Source of the DNA: Synechococcus sp. A15-24
GTDB taxonomy: Bacteria > Cyanobacteriota > Cyanobacteriia > PCC-6307 > Cyanobiaceae
Direction of reading: 5' to 3'
DNA length: 32,000 nucleotides
Assembly (NCBI RefSeq): GCF_014280195.1
Contig: NZ_CP047960.1
Span: 450,001-482,000 of the forward strand
The notes under the pieces are model-generated. The model was not told the DNA's origin. It searched no databases and was given only the letters and a program-made list of their open reading frames with translations. Positions 17,168 to 26,398 of the stretch are shown one piece after another. Position 1 is the stretch's first letter. Every line of letters starts with the position of its first letter. The position numbers and the translations under genes are program-made.

Positions 17168-18874
17168 TCAATCTGGCCCGGCAGAACAGAGTCCGCCAGC
17201 GGCGATCGGCAAACGCCAGCCGCTGCCGAAGGCCTGTGGGCTCACCTTCAGCAGGGGTGCGGCCTGTCGCCGTTTGAATTCCGCCCGCTGCAGCAGCCGC
17301 TGCACCCGCTCCACCAGGGCGATGTCATGGCCGGCGGCCACCAGCGCCTGTGGCGTGGTCCGCTCCTGGATCAATCCTTTCAGCAGGGGATCCAGCTCGC
17401 TGTAGTCCGGCAGGGAGTCACTGTCCTTCTGGTCTGGCCGCAGTTCAGCGCTGGGGGGTTTGCAGCGGATCGCTTCCCCCACCAAGTCCCCCTGCTGCGG
17501 CAGCCCCAGATCCTCCCGGCAGTCCCTGGCTTCTGGGCTGTCGATCCAGTTGCAGAGGGCGAAGACGCTGGTTTTGTAGAGGTCGCCGATCACCGCCAGA
17601 CCGCCGTTCATGTCGCCGTAGAGGGTGCAATAACCCACCGCCAGCTCGGATTTGTTGCCGGTGGTCAGCAACAGCTGGCCCTGCTGATTGGCCACGGCCA
17701 TCAGCAACGTGCCGCGGATGCGCGACTGCAGGTTCTCAGCGGTGACCCCCTGCGGCGGCTGGCCCAGGGCCGGCGTGAGCGAGGCATCGAACCCCTGCAT
17801 CAGCTCCTGAATCGGCACCGTGTGGGTCTGGAGGTTCAGGCGAGTCGCCAGGGCGGTGGCATCGTCGATCGATCCTGATGAGCTCCAAGGGGAGGGCATC
17901 AGCATGGTGGAGACGTTCTCGGGGCCTAGGGCGGCCGCGGCGATCACCGCCACCAGCGCCGAGTCGATGCCGCCGCTGAGCCCCAGGAGTGCCCGCTGAA
18001 AGCCGCATTTGCCGGCGTAGTCGCGTACTCCCAGCACCAGCGCCCGCAGCAACAGCTCCTCGCGGCTGGGCGTTTGCGATGGAGGAGCCATCGCTTGTTG
18101 CGGACAGCCGCTGTCCCACACCTGAACGGCCTCCCGGCAGGCCGGCAGCTCCAGCAGCGTGCTGCCATCCGGGGCGACCACCAGGCTGCTGCCGTCGAAC
18201 ACCAGTTCGTCGTTGCCACCCACCTGGTTGAGGTACACAACCGGGCAGTTCAGACGTCGGGCCGCCTGGCCGGTCAGTTGGCGCCGCAGGGCCGGTTTGC
18301 TGGGGTCAAAGGGGGACGCCGCCAGGTTGATCAGCAGATCGGGTTTTGCCTCCACCAGGGCGGCGATCGGGTCCGGTCCCGCCAGCCGCTCACGTTGCAG
18401 CGCATCCTCTACCCAGAGGTCTTCGCAGATGGTGAGCCCCAGCCGCTCACCTCCCGCCATGGTCAGCAGGCAGGGACCGTCGCCGGGGCGGAAATAGCGC
18501 CGCTCATCAAAGACGTCGTAACTGGGCAGCAGCTGTTTGCAGGCAACCCCCCGCCAACCCCCCTGGTCCACTAGGGCGATGCCGTTGTATAGGCCCGGGG
18601 CGCGATTGTCGTCGCAGGGGAGGGCCACCCCCACTAGCAGGGAGCACAGTCCATCGAGCTGCTTGACCAACCCATCGAGCACCGCGCTCTGCAGGGCCAG
18701 CCGCGCCGGTTGCAGCAGCAGGTCCCGGGGGGGATAGCCCCATAGGGAGAGCTCCGGCGTCAGCAGCAGCGTTGCCCCTTCTGCGCTGGCGGACCGGGCG
18801 GCCGCCAGGATTCGTTTGGCGTTGCCCCGCAGGTCGCCCACCACAGGATTCAGCTGGGCCAGGGCCAGGCGCAT
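17168..18874 (-). CDS. nadE: Glutamine-dependent NAD+ synthetase (CN-hydrolase domain plus NAD synthase domain)
   Basis: MRLALAQLNPVVGDLRGNAKRI... is the nitrilase-type domain, and LGLSGGIDSALVAVIA is the PP-loop. ATG 18874 shares one nt with the nadD stop (TGATG). Confidence 0.93.
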   Translation of the reverse strand: MRLALAQLNPVVGDLRGNAKRILAAARSASAEGATLLLTPELSLWGYPPRDLLLQPARLALQSAVLDGLVKQLDGLCSLLVGVALPCDDNRAPGLYNGIALVDQGGWRGVACKQLLPSYDVFDERRYFRPGDGPCLLTMAGGERLGLTICEDLWVEDALQRERLAGPDPIAALVEAKPDLLINLAASPFDPSKPALRRQLTGQAARRLNCPVVYLNQVGGNDELVFDGSSLVVAPDGSTLLELPACREAVQVWDSGCPQQAMAPPSQTPSREELLLRALVLGVRDYAGKCGFQRALLGLSGGIDSALVAVIAAAALGPENVSTMLMPSPWSSSGSIDDATALATRLNLQTHTVPIQELMQGFDASLTPALGQPPQGVTAENLQSRIRGTLLMAVANQQGQLLLTTGNKSELAVGYCTLYGDMNGGLAVIGDLYKTSVFALCNWIDSPEARDCREDLGLPQQGDLVGEAIRCKPPSAELRPDQKDSDSLPDYSELDPLLKGLIQERTTPQALVAAGHDIALVERVQRLLQRAEFKRRQAAPLLKVSPQAFGSGWRLPIAAGGLCSAGPD

Positions 18875-19449
18875 CAGCGAAGGCTGGGGGAGAGTCCGTA
18901 CAGATTGTGCTCCAACAACAGGGTCCACACCGCTGCGGGGATCTGGCGTTGCTCGGGAGACTGACGCAGTGCCGAGCTGGCGCTGGCGGGGACCTGTAGC
19001 TCGAGCAGGTCAATGCGGGCTCCTAGTCGTTTCAGATCTTCCAGGGCCTGGTCACGCAGGGGCCAGCCCTGGCGCGGGGCGATCGCCAGCCGGCAGCGGT
19101 TCAACCAGTGAGCCGAGGACTTCCAGCCCGGGATCAACGCCGCCAGGTCACTGCCCACCACAAACACCAGTTCCTCCTCGGGCCAGCGGGTCGTTGCCTG
19201 CTCGATCGTGCGGATCGTGAAGGGATGGCTGAGGGTCTGGTCCTGCTGCAGCCGCGGATCGTTGATCTCCTCCACCAGGGCCTGCAGCAGTTGGGCGCGC
19301 AGGGCCAGGGGGGCACCGTGCCGTTTCTGGGGGTTGTCGCTGGCCCATGTGGCCACCTGGGGGTAGAGGCTGAGCAGGCCTTTCAGCAGGGCCTGATGGC
19401 CGCAGGTGGGGGGGTCGGCACTGGTGCCCAGCAAGGCGATTTGCTGCAT
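18874..19449 (-). CDS. nadD: Nicotinate-nucleotide adenylyltransferase
   Basis: MQQIALLGTSADPPTCGHQALLKGL carries the (H/T)xGH nucleotidyltransferase motif. Start is taken at ATG 19449, 5 nt after the upstream gene's stop. Confidence 0.85.
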   Translation of the reverse strand: MQQIALLGTSADPPTCGHQALLKGLLSLYPQVATWASDNPQKRHGAPLALRAQLLQALVEEINDPRLQQDQTLSHPFTIRTIEQATTRWPEEELVFVVGSDLAALIPGWKSSAHWLNRCRLAIAPRQGWPLRDQALEDLKRLGARIDLLELQVPASASSALRQSPEQRQIPAAVWTLLLEHNLYGLSPSLR

Positions 19450-19454
19450 CTCGC

Positions 19455-20768
19455 TCAGGGCAGCAGCGGTTGCCAGTCGGCTTGAGGACGCCGCTGACAG
19501 CGCTGCATCCAATGGCGCACCACCGGATCCCGCTGTTCCAGCCGCTGCAGCAGGGCGCCGGGTTGGCCCCCCCGCACCTGCAGCAGCTGACGGGCCACCA
19601 GCGCACCGGTGCGGCGGCTGGCGTGGACAGCCAGGGCAGCCTGGGCCAGGGCCACCGGAGCAGCCGGCGCCAGGCTGGCGCCGCCACTCACCGGCACCAG
19701 CAGCAGCAACAGTTGCTTCAGCAGCCCCAACCCCAGCTGCACACCTCCGAGCAGGGCGTTCTGGCCAGAGAGTTGTTGGAGCAACTGCCGTGTCGCCGAC
19801 GGTGTGAGCGGCAGGCCATAGAGCTGACAGAGCTGCAGCACGAGGCCGGTGTCGCAGGCCAGACCTCCGGCCAGATCGAGGGCCATCAGGGGGTTCACCG
19901 CCACCGCGGTGGCCTTGGTGGCGGCATAGCGCCCGATCAGACCCTGGGCGCTGCGGCGGTGTTGCCGCAACCGCAAGTGCTGGCGTTGCTGCTGGAAGCG
20001 ATCGGCCTGACGCAGGCTCTGCAACGCCAGCAGCAGCTCCCCTTCCCGCTGAAGCTGGTCGACCAGTTGGTCTTTGAGGGGGCTGACCCGGGCGGGGGCA
20101 GCGCTGCTGCGCACCCGACCATCGGCATCGAGCATCGGCTGACGGGGGGCGGCCGCCACGGCGGTGAGGGGGAGATCACTGGGCAGGCGAGAGCGGATGC
20201 TGGCGAGCAGCTCCGGCAGCTGTTCTTCAGGCCAGCGATCGCTGCGGTTGAGCACCAGCCGTACGGGCTTGCCGCTGGCCTGCAAGGTCTCCAGGGCATC
20301 GCGGTCGCAGCGGGTCAGGTCGCTGTCGATCACCAGCAGCACCAGATCAACCCCCATGGCCACCCGGGTTGCCAGGCGGGTGCGACCGGCGGCGTCAATT
20401 TCATCGATGCCGGGGGTGTCGATCAACTCCACCCTTTGGAGTCCATCCAGCTTTAATGGCCAGGTCACGGCCTGCTGGCGGCGGGTGCTGCCGTGGGCCA
20501 CATCGGTCTCCAGCAGCCGCTGACCCACCAATGCATTGATCAGGCTCGACTTGCCAACCCCCACCCGGCCGAAAACGGCCAGGCGCAGCACCTTGTGCTC
20601 CAGCCGCTGCAGCTGACGGTCCAGCAGGGTTAACTCCCCCCGCAGCAAGCCCTGTTCGCGCCGGGTCAGCTGCAGGTCTTGCCGCCAGCGCTGCAGCAGC
20701 TGCCTGCAGCGTTCGGTGGTGGCAGGAGGCATGGACACCATGGCTGTCATGCTGCCGGCTTGCGCCAC
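19455..20768 (-). CDS. GTP-binding protein (MMR_HSR1-type G domain) with a C-terminal DUF697-like domain
   Basis: G1 is GRVGVGKSSLINAL, G3 is DTPG and G4 is NRSD. The C-terminal YAATKATAVAVNPLMALDLAGGLACDTGLVLQLCQLYG resembles DUF697. The start is uncertain; ATGs at 20750, 20741 and 20732 are alternatives. Confidence 0.8.
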   Translation of the reverse strand: MAQAGSMTAMVSMPPATTERCRQLLQRWRQDLQLTRREQGLLRGELTLLDRQLQRLEHKVLRLAVFGRVGVGKSSLINALVGQRLLETDVAHGSTRRQQAVTWPLKLDGLQRVELIDTPGIDEIDAAGRTRLATRVAMGVDLVLLVIDSDLTRCDRDALETLQASGKPVRLVLNRSDRWPEEQLPELLASIRSRLPSDLPLTAVAAAPRQPMLDADGRVRSSAAPARVSPLKDQLVDQLQREGELLLALQSLRQADRFQQQRQHLRLRQHRRSAQGLIGRYAATKATAVAVNPLMALDLAGGLACDTGLVLQLCQLYGLPLTPSATRQLLQQLSGQNALLGGVQLGLGLLKQLLLLLVPVSGGASLAPAAPVALAQAALAVHASRRTGALVARQLLQVRGGQPGALLQRLEQRDPVVRHWMQRCQRRPQADWQPLLP

Positions 20769-21757
20769 CAGCCCGCCAGCACGGCCAGCACGGCTTCCGC
20801 TCCGATCACCCCCACGAAGCCGCCGAATTCGTCCACGACCACCCGCACACCGCTGCTGTCGCGCCGGAAGCCCGTGAGCAGGCGATCGGCACGGATCATT
20901 TCCGGCACGTAGTCCACTGCCTCACAGAGATCTACTGGGGTGAGCAGGCCGCGGTTTTCCAGCAATGCCGTCAGCAACCGTTCGCGGTTGGCCACCCCCA
21001 GCACCTTGTCCACCTGGTCTCCCAAGACCACCCACCAGGGAGCGTTGTTGCCAAGCAGCAGAGCTCGCTGGGCCTCGAGGCTGAGGCTGCCATCCAGGGT
21101 TGGGGCCGACACCCGCGGTGTCATCAGGTCCCGGGCGGTGAGGTCGTTCAGTTGGAACACCTTGCCGATCATCGCGGCCTCGTCGGCTTCGATTTCTCCT
21201 TTCTGGGACCCCAGCCGTGCCAGCAGGCGGATCTCCTCTTCGTTGGTGGTGATTTCGGATTCAGCGGTGATCGCCGGCAGCAGCCGTTCCAGCAGCAGCA
21301 CCAGCGGACTCAGCAGCAGGCCGAGCCAGTGCAGCAGCGGTGCGGCGGCCAGGGAGACGGGCAGAGCCAGGCGGCTGCCGAGGGCCTTGGGCAGGATTTC
21401 CCCCAGCAGCATCACTAGCACGGTTAGCCCGATGGAAAACAGCGGCAGGGCAGCGCCACCGATGCCCCGCTGCTCGAACACCCAGGCGGCGTATCCCCCC
21501 AACATCAGGCTGCCGAAGATGTTGAAACCGTTGTTGGCGATCACCAGCACCGACAGGGTGCGGCCCAGCCGCTGGCGCAGCTTCGCCAGCCGGCGGGAGC
21601 CGGCGACCGGGCGGCTGCGGGCCGCTAGTTCATGCACCCGGATCGGGTTCACCGTGAGTAGGGCTGCTTCCACTCCGGAGCACAGGGCCGACCCCAGCAA
21701 CACCATCAGCACGAGTAGCAACAGAAGCAACAAGTCTGTTTCTGTCGACATGAGCAT
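20747..21757 (-). CDS. CNNM/DUF21 transmembrane domain plus CBS-pair protein (hemolysin/CorB-like transporter family)
   Basis: 336 aa with four N-terminal hydrophobic helices and GEILPKALG, then a CBS pair ([11 protein letters not shown]...). I see no C-terminal CorC_HlyC domain. Confidence 0.8.
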   Translation of the reverse strand: MLMSTETDLLLLLLLVLMVLLGSALCSGVEAALLTVNPIRVHELAARSRPVAGSRRLAKLRQRLGRTLSVLVIANNGFNIFGSLMLGGYAAWVFEQRGIGGAALPLFSIGLTVLVMLLGEILPKALGSRLALPVSLAAAPLLHWLGLLLSPLVLLLERLLPAITAESEITTNEEEIRLLARLGSQKGEIEADEAAMIGKVFQLNDLTARDLMTPRVSAPTLDGSLSLEAQRALLLGNNAPWWVVLGDQVDKVLGVANRERLLTALLENRGLLTPVDLCEAVDYVPEMIRADRLLTGFRRDSSGVRVVVDEFGGFVGVIGAEAVLAVLAGWWRKPAA

Positions 21758-22889
21758 GCTGTGGTCCGATTATCTTATCGAGGCTTTGAGCGAGTCAACT
21801 TTGAAAAAGGCTTTAATCACAGGCGTGACCGGACAAGATGGTAGTTATTTGGCAGAGCTGCTCCTGGATAAGGGATATGAGGTGCACGGAATAAAGCGTC
21901 GCGCAAGTAGTTTTAATACTACGAGAATTGACCATCTTTATCAAGATCCTCATGAATTATCTCCACGGCTGGTTCTTCATTACGGTGATCTTACAGATAG
22001 CACTAATTTGATTCGTATAATTGAGCAGGTTCAGCCTGATGAGATCTATAATCTGGGCGCCCAAAGCCATGTGGCTGTCAGTTTTGAATCGCCTGAATAC
22101 ACTGCCAATTGTGATGCACTAGGCACGCTGAGAATTCTGGAAGCTGTCAGGATGCTTGGCTTAATTGATAAGACTAAGATTTATCAGGCAAGCACCAGTG
22201 AGCTCTACGGATTGGTTCAGGAGACTCCGCAGAAGGAATCGACCCCTTTTTACCCTCGTAGTCCATATGGAGTTGCAAAGATGTATGCCTACTGGATTAC
22301 TATTAATTATCGCGAGTCTTACGGAATGTATGCCTGTAACGGTATCTTGTTTAACCACGAAAGCCCGCGCCGTGGTGAAACATTTGTTACCCGCAAGATT
22401 ACCCGCGGACTCAGTCGTATTAATGCAGGTCTCGAGCAATGCATCTACATGGGCAACCTTGACTCCAAGCGTGACTGGGGGCATGCCCGTGACTATGTCG
22501 AGATGCAATGGAGAATGCTTCAGCAGGATGCTCCAGAAGACTTTGTGATCGCCACAGGGCGTCAGGAAACTGTCCGTCGTTTTATCGAGCTTGCTGCGAA
22601 TCAAATTGGTTGGGGTGGTATCCAATGGGAAGGGAATGGTCTGCAGGAGGTCGGACGTCGTCCTGATAACAACGAAATTGTTGTGCGTATTGATCCGCGT
22701 TATTTTCGTCCCGCAGAAGTAGAGACTCTCTTGGGTGATCCTACGAGAGCCAAAGATAAACTAGGCTGGATTCCTACAACTTCTCTGGAGCAATTGGTGG
22801 CTGAGATGGTTCTCAATGACTATGATGAAGCCAGAAAAGAAGCTTATCTGAGACGCAAAGGATTTGATGTGGTAGGGGCATACGAATGA
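21750..22889 (+). CDS. gmd: GDP-mannose 4,6-dehydratase
   Basis: [51 protein letters not shown]... is near-identical in pattern to enterobacterial Gmd. Start ambiguous: ATG 21750/21756 overlap the divergent CNNM start, while TTG 21801 gives the canonical MKKALITG. The upstream 20940-21749 part of the listed ORF is antisense noise. Confidence 0.92.
   Translation: MSMLWSDYLIEALSESTLKKALITGVTGQDGSYLAELLLDKGYEVHGIKRRASSFNTTRIDHLYQDPHELSPRLVLHYGDLTDSTNLIRIIEQVQPDEIYNLGAQSHVAVSFESPEYTANCDALGTLRILEAVRMLGLIDKTKIYQASTSELYGLVQETPQKESTPFYPRSPYGVAKMYAYWITINYRESYGMYACNGILFNHESPRRGETFVTRKITRGLSRINAGLEQCIYMGNLDSKRDWGHARDYVEMQWRMLQQDAPEDFVIATGRQETVRRFIELAANQIGWGGIQWEGNGLQEVGRRPDNNEIVVRIDPRYFRPAEVETLLGDPTRAKDKLGWIPTTSLEQLVAEMVLNDYDEARKEAYLRRKGFDVVGAYE
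21769..21798 (-). promoter_or_regulatory. Sigma70-type promoter candidate for the CNNM-GTPase-nadD-nadE-ald operon
   Basis: On the minus strand: TTGACT (21798-21793), an 18-nt spacer, then GATAAT (21774-21769). The -10 ends 11 nt before ATG 21757, which implies a very short or absent leader. Confidence 0.4.
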
Positions 22890-23881
22890 CCTTGATTTCT
22901 ATTGATGACCGTATCGCGGTGTTCGGCAGTGGAGGCATGGCGGGGAGTGCGATTTGCCGTGCTCTGCAAAATCATGGCTATGAAAAGTTGTTAATGCCTT
23001 CAAGAGTTGAACTCGATTGCCTCGATCACAATAAAGTCGCGCATTGGATTGATCTTTACAAGCCCAATGTGGTGATATTGGCTGCTGCTAAAGTTGGAGG
23101 AATTCTGGCTAATAATCAGCAGCCTGCTGATTTTCTTCTGGATAACATCAAGATCCAGACTCATGTGATTGAATCAGCTTGGAGCGTTGGTGTCCGCAGG
23201 TTGCTTTTTCTGGGTAGTAGCTGCATCTATCCCAAATTCGCGGAACAGCCAATTCGAGAGGAAGCTTTGCTGACTGGTCCCTTGGAGCCGACCAATGAGT
23301 GGTATGCCATCGCCAAAATCAGTGGTATCAAGTTGTGCGAATCCCTGCGTCGTCAATACGGATTTGATGCCATTAGTCTGATGCCGACCAATCTTTATGG
23401 AACTGGGGATAATTACAACCCCAGCGCCAGTCATGTGTTGCCGGCATTGTTGCGCCGCTTTCACGAGGCGAAGCAACGGGGAGATCAGACGGTGACTTGT
23501 TGGGGTACCGGCTCACCCTTGCGGGAATTTCTCCATGCTGATGATCTGGGTGAGGCATGTGTGTTCTCCCTGGAGAACTGGAGTGCCCTCGCTGAGAACG
23601 CACCTTGCGATGATGCAGGACAGCCATTGGCGTTCCTGAATGTCGGAACAGGCGTTGATCTCAGCATCCATCAGCTAGCAAACAGAATTGCAGCGACCGT
23701 TGGATTTAACGGGACCGTGGAGTGGGATACAAGCAAGCCGGATGGAACCCCGAAGAAGCAACTCGACGTCAGTCGTTTGCGTTCAATGGGCTGGACCGCC
23801 GCCATCTCCCTCTCAGAGGGTCTGGCACAGGCATACGCCGACTTCAAACAAGCGTTGTCTACAAACAGCCTGCGCGGTTGA
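22886..23881 (+). CDS. fcl: GDP-L-fucose synthase (GDP-4-keto-6-deoxy-D-mannose 3,5-epimerase/4-reductase)
   Basis: 331 aa: [14 protein letters not shown]...GSSCIYPK...YAIAKISG, an SDR Rossmann fold with S/Y/K catalytic residues. ATGA overlap with the gmd stop. Confidence 0.9.
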   Translation: MTLISIDDRIAVFGSGGMAGSAICRALQNHGYEKLLMPSRVELDCLDHNKVAHWIDLYKPNVVILAAAKVGGILANNQQPADFLLDNIKIQTHVIESAWSVGVRRLLFLGSSCIYPKFAEQPIREEALLTGPLEPTNEWYAIAKISGIKLCESLRRQYGFDAISLMPTNLYGTGDNYNPSASHVLPALLRRFHEAKQRGDQTVTCWGTGSPLREFLHADDLGEACVFSLENWSALAENAPCDDAGQPLAFLNVGTGVDLSIHQLANRIAATVGFNGTVEWDTSKPDGTPKKQLDVSRLRSMGWTAAISLSEGLAQAYADFKQALSTNSLRG

Positions 23882-23915
23882 GCTGCCATCCTGATCAACT
23901 GAGGCCAACCCTGGC

Positions 23916-25244
23916 GTGCACGACTTCGACTCCAGCATCCACACCAGCCGGCGGCAGCGTTTCCTCGATCAGCTCGGCGCGGCTGCTGCGGTGATCCCTG
24001 CAGCTCCGCTGGCAACCCATCACGCCGATTGCGAGTGGCCCTTTCGCCAGGACAGCGACTTCTTTTATCTCACCGGTTTCGATGAACCGGATGCGGTGGC
24101 CCTGTTGCTGCCCCATCGGCCCGAGGGGGAACGGTTTGTATTGTTTGTGCAGCCCAAGGACCCGGCGGCGGAGGTGTGGACCGGCTTCCGCTGGGGCACC
24201 GAAGGGGCCGTGGAGCGCTACGGCGCAGACATCGCCCTTCCCCTTGATCAGCTCAATGCCCGCTTGCCGGAGTTCCTCGATGGGGCCGAGGCGATCGCCT
24301 TCCGCATCGGCCGTCATCCTGCGGTGGAACCGCTGGTGCTGTCGGCCTGGGGGCGGCAGCTTGACACTTATGCCCGCTCCGGTGCAGCGGCCCTGGGCCT
24401 GGTGGCGCCGACGCCGATCCTGCACCGGCTGCGTTTGCGCAAGGAGCCCCATGAACTGGAGCGGATGCGGGAGGCCTGCCGGATTTCTGCGGAGGCCCAT
24501 GAGCTGGCGCGGGGCATGACCCGCCCGGGCATTAATGAATCGGAAGTGCAGGCAGCGATCGAGGCCCATTTCCGGGCCGCCGGAGCCCGCGGACCGGCCT
24601 ATGGCTCGATCGTGGCCGGTGGCGACAACGCCTGCGTGCTGCACTACACCGCCAACACCGCTGAGCTGCAGGATGGTGACTTGCTGCTGATTGATGCCGG
24701 CTGCTCGATCGCCGATTACTACAACGGCGACATCACCCGCACCTTCCCCATCAACGGTCGCTTCAGCGCCGAGCAACGCGATCTCTACAGCCTGGTGCTG
24801 GCGGCGCAGGAGGCGGCTATTGCGGTCGTGGCGCCGGGCGGAACGGCGGAAGCGGTTCATGCCACCGCGCTGCGGGTGCTGGTGGAGGGCCTTGTGGATC
24901 TCGGTCTCTTGGTCGGCGAACCCGACGGCATCATCGAACGGGGTGATTACCGCCACCTGTACATGCATCGCACCGGCCATTGGTTAGGGCTCGATGTGCA
25001 CGATGTAGGGGCCTATCGCCTGGGTGAGCAGCCCGCCAGCCTGGAGCCAGGCATGGTTCTCACCGTAGAACCTGGGCTTTACATCAGTGACCGCCTGGCC
25101 GTTCCTGAGGGCCAGCCGCAGATCGATGACCGCTGGAAGGGGATCGGCATTCGCATCGAGGATGACGTGGCGGTGAGTGACAGCGGCCATGAGGTGCTCA
25201 CTGCTGCGGCGCAGAAAAGCTTGGCGGCGATGGAACGCTCCTAA
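23916..25244 (+). CDS. pepP: Xaa-Pro aminopeptidase (M24B, aminopeptidase P)
   Basis: 442 aa with FRQDSDFFYLTGFDEP in the N-terminal domain and the pita-bread metal ligands (DAGC..YNGDITRTF, HRTGHWLGLDVHD, TVEPGLY, IRIEDDV). GTG start. Confidence 0.9.
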   Translation: MHDFDSSIHTSRRQRFLDQLGAAAAVIPAAPLATHHADCEWPFRQDSDFFYLTGFDEPDAVALLLPHRPEGERFVLFVQPKDPAAEVWTGFRWGTEGAVERYGADIALPLDQLNARLPEFLDGAEAIAFRIGRHPAVEPLVLSAWGRQLDTYARSGAAALGLVAPTPILHRLRLRKEPHELERMREACRISAEAHELARGMTRPGINESEVQAAIEAHFRAAGARGPAYGSIVAGGDNACVLHYTANTAELQDGDLLLIDAGCSIADYYNGDITRTFPINGRFSAEQRDLYSLVLAAQEAAIAVVAPGGTAEAVHATALRVLVEGLVDLGLLVGEPDGIIERGDYRHLYMHRTGHWLGLDVHDVGAYRLGEQPASLEPGMVLTVEPGLYISDRLAVPEGQPQIDDRWKGIGIRIEDDVAVSDSGHEVLTAAAQKSLAAMERS

Positions 25245-26398
25245 GCCACCTGCAGCAGGATCCAGAACAGAAAGATCACCAGTTTCATCAGGCCTTCGAT
25301 GCCGGTGAGGCGGGGGTGGGGATAGCTGAGGATCAAGGTGAGCGCCAGCAAAACCATCTCGAAGGGCTCCAGCCCCAGGATCACATCGGTGTTGGTGATC
25401 ACCCCAAGCACCAGTACCGCCGGCACGGTGAGGCTCACGGTGGCCACCACCGAGCCATACAGGGTGTTGATCGAGCGTTGCACCTCCCCCTGTGAGGCGG
25501 CCTGCACGGCGTTGAGTGCTTCCGGCGCCAGGATCAACATCGCCACCAGCACGCCGGCCAGGGAGCTGGGCAACCCCAGGTCGGTGATACCGGTTTCAAT
25601 GAGCTGCCCCATCGACTCGGCGATCAGGCACACCACCAACAGACCAGCCACCAACAGCGTTGCGGCCTTCCACAACGGCAGAGCTTGAGCCTCGGCCTCG
25701 AGGGCGACTTCGTCTCGGATGATCAGGCTCTTCCGTTCGGTGTAAAGGTTGCTGTAACGGCCCATTTGGGCGCTGATGAAGACGGCGTAGACCCCAAGGG
25801 CCACCACCGACAACACCACATTCACCGGGGTGCTGAAGTTCGCCTCCGTGGTGCTGCGGCTGAAGTTGGGAATCACCAGGGCCAGCACGCACATGGTGCT
25901 GATCAGATCGAAGTAGGTGAGGGCACCCAGCAAGTTGGGCCCCACCATCTGGCTGGTATCCACCTTGCCGTCATCGCAGAGGGCCCCGCGGCGCACGGCG
26001 GCCAGCAGATTGCAGAGACCGGTCACCCCAGTAAGGGCGATCATCACCACCGAGAACATTGAATCCCGAGCGAGGGTCGGGTTGCGCTCGCCGGTCAGCA
26101 TCGTGCTGGCGATCAGCGCCAGTTCGATTGTCATCACCGCCGCCGTCAGCACCAGGGTCCCGTAGGGCTGTCCGATCAGCTCGGCCACCCGGTCTGCCTG
26201 ATCGGCCACGCTGCGAGAGAGCAACAGCACCACGCCGCTGAGCAGAATCAGGCCGCTTAGCACGATCGCGGTGGGTTGCACCAGCAGCCAACCCATAACG
26301 CCGCTGAATTCAATTGAGGCCAGGGCCGCCAGGCCCACCAGGATCGGAAACAGGAGTGGAATCCATCCCCCGTTGCGTTGAGCGGCCGAGTCGGTCAT
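25241..26398 (-). CDS. chaA: Ca2+/H+ antiporter, ChaA/CaCA family
   Basis: 385-aa polytopic membrane protein. GQPYGTLVLTAAVMTIELALIASTMLTGERNPTLARDSMFSVVMI parallels E. coli ChaA, and a second alpha-repeat is LILAPEALNAVQAA. Confidence 0.8.
   Translation of the reverse strand: MTDSAAQRNGGWIPLLFPILVGLAALASIEFSGVMGWLLVQPTAIVLSGLILLSGVVLLLSRSVADQADRVAELIGQPYGTLVLTAAVMTIELALIASTMLTGERNPTLARDSMFSVVMIALTGVTGLCNLLAAVRRGALCDDGKVDTSQMVGPNLLGALTYFDLISTMCVLALVIPNFSRSTTEANFSTPVNVVLSVVALGVYAVFISAQMGRYSNLYTERKSLIIRDEVALEAEAQALPLWKAATLLVAGLLVVCLIAESMGQLIETGITDLGLPSSLAGVLVAMLILAPEALNAVQAASQGEVQRSINTLYGSVVATVSLTVPAVLVLGVITNTDVILGLEPFEMVLLALTLILSYPHPRLTGIEGLMKLVIFLFWILLQVA

Noticed and set aside
17121-17171. 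17-aa extension of ald overlapping the nadE stop
   Set aside because: Alanine dehydrogenases begin M-x-IGVPKEIK. ATG 17120 gives that N-terminus without overlap.
20940-21749. N-terminal 270 aa of the listed 649-aa ORF that ends as Gmd
   Set aside because: This part is antisense to the CNNM gene and Ser/Arg/Ala-rich. It lies on the high-GC side of the composition break, and Gmd homology starts only at KKALITG (about 21801).
19079-24298. HIP1-like GCGATCGC palindromes (about 3 copies, near 19080, 20233 and 24291)
   Set aside because: My rough expectation at this base composition is about 1 per 32 kb. Three copies is not convincing enrichment.
23895-24980. 361-aa minus-strand ORF, together with the 292-aa ORF at 14257-15135 and the 274-aa ORF at 26314-27138
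   Set aside because: Each is antisense to a confidently assigned gene (pepP, the DUF3326-like gene and the HAD gene). Each has the Arg/Gly/Ala/His-rich composition typical of non-coding frames in high-GC DNA.
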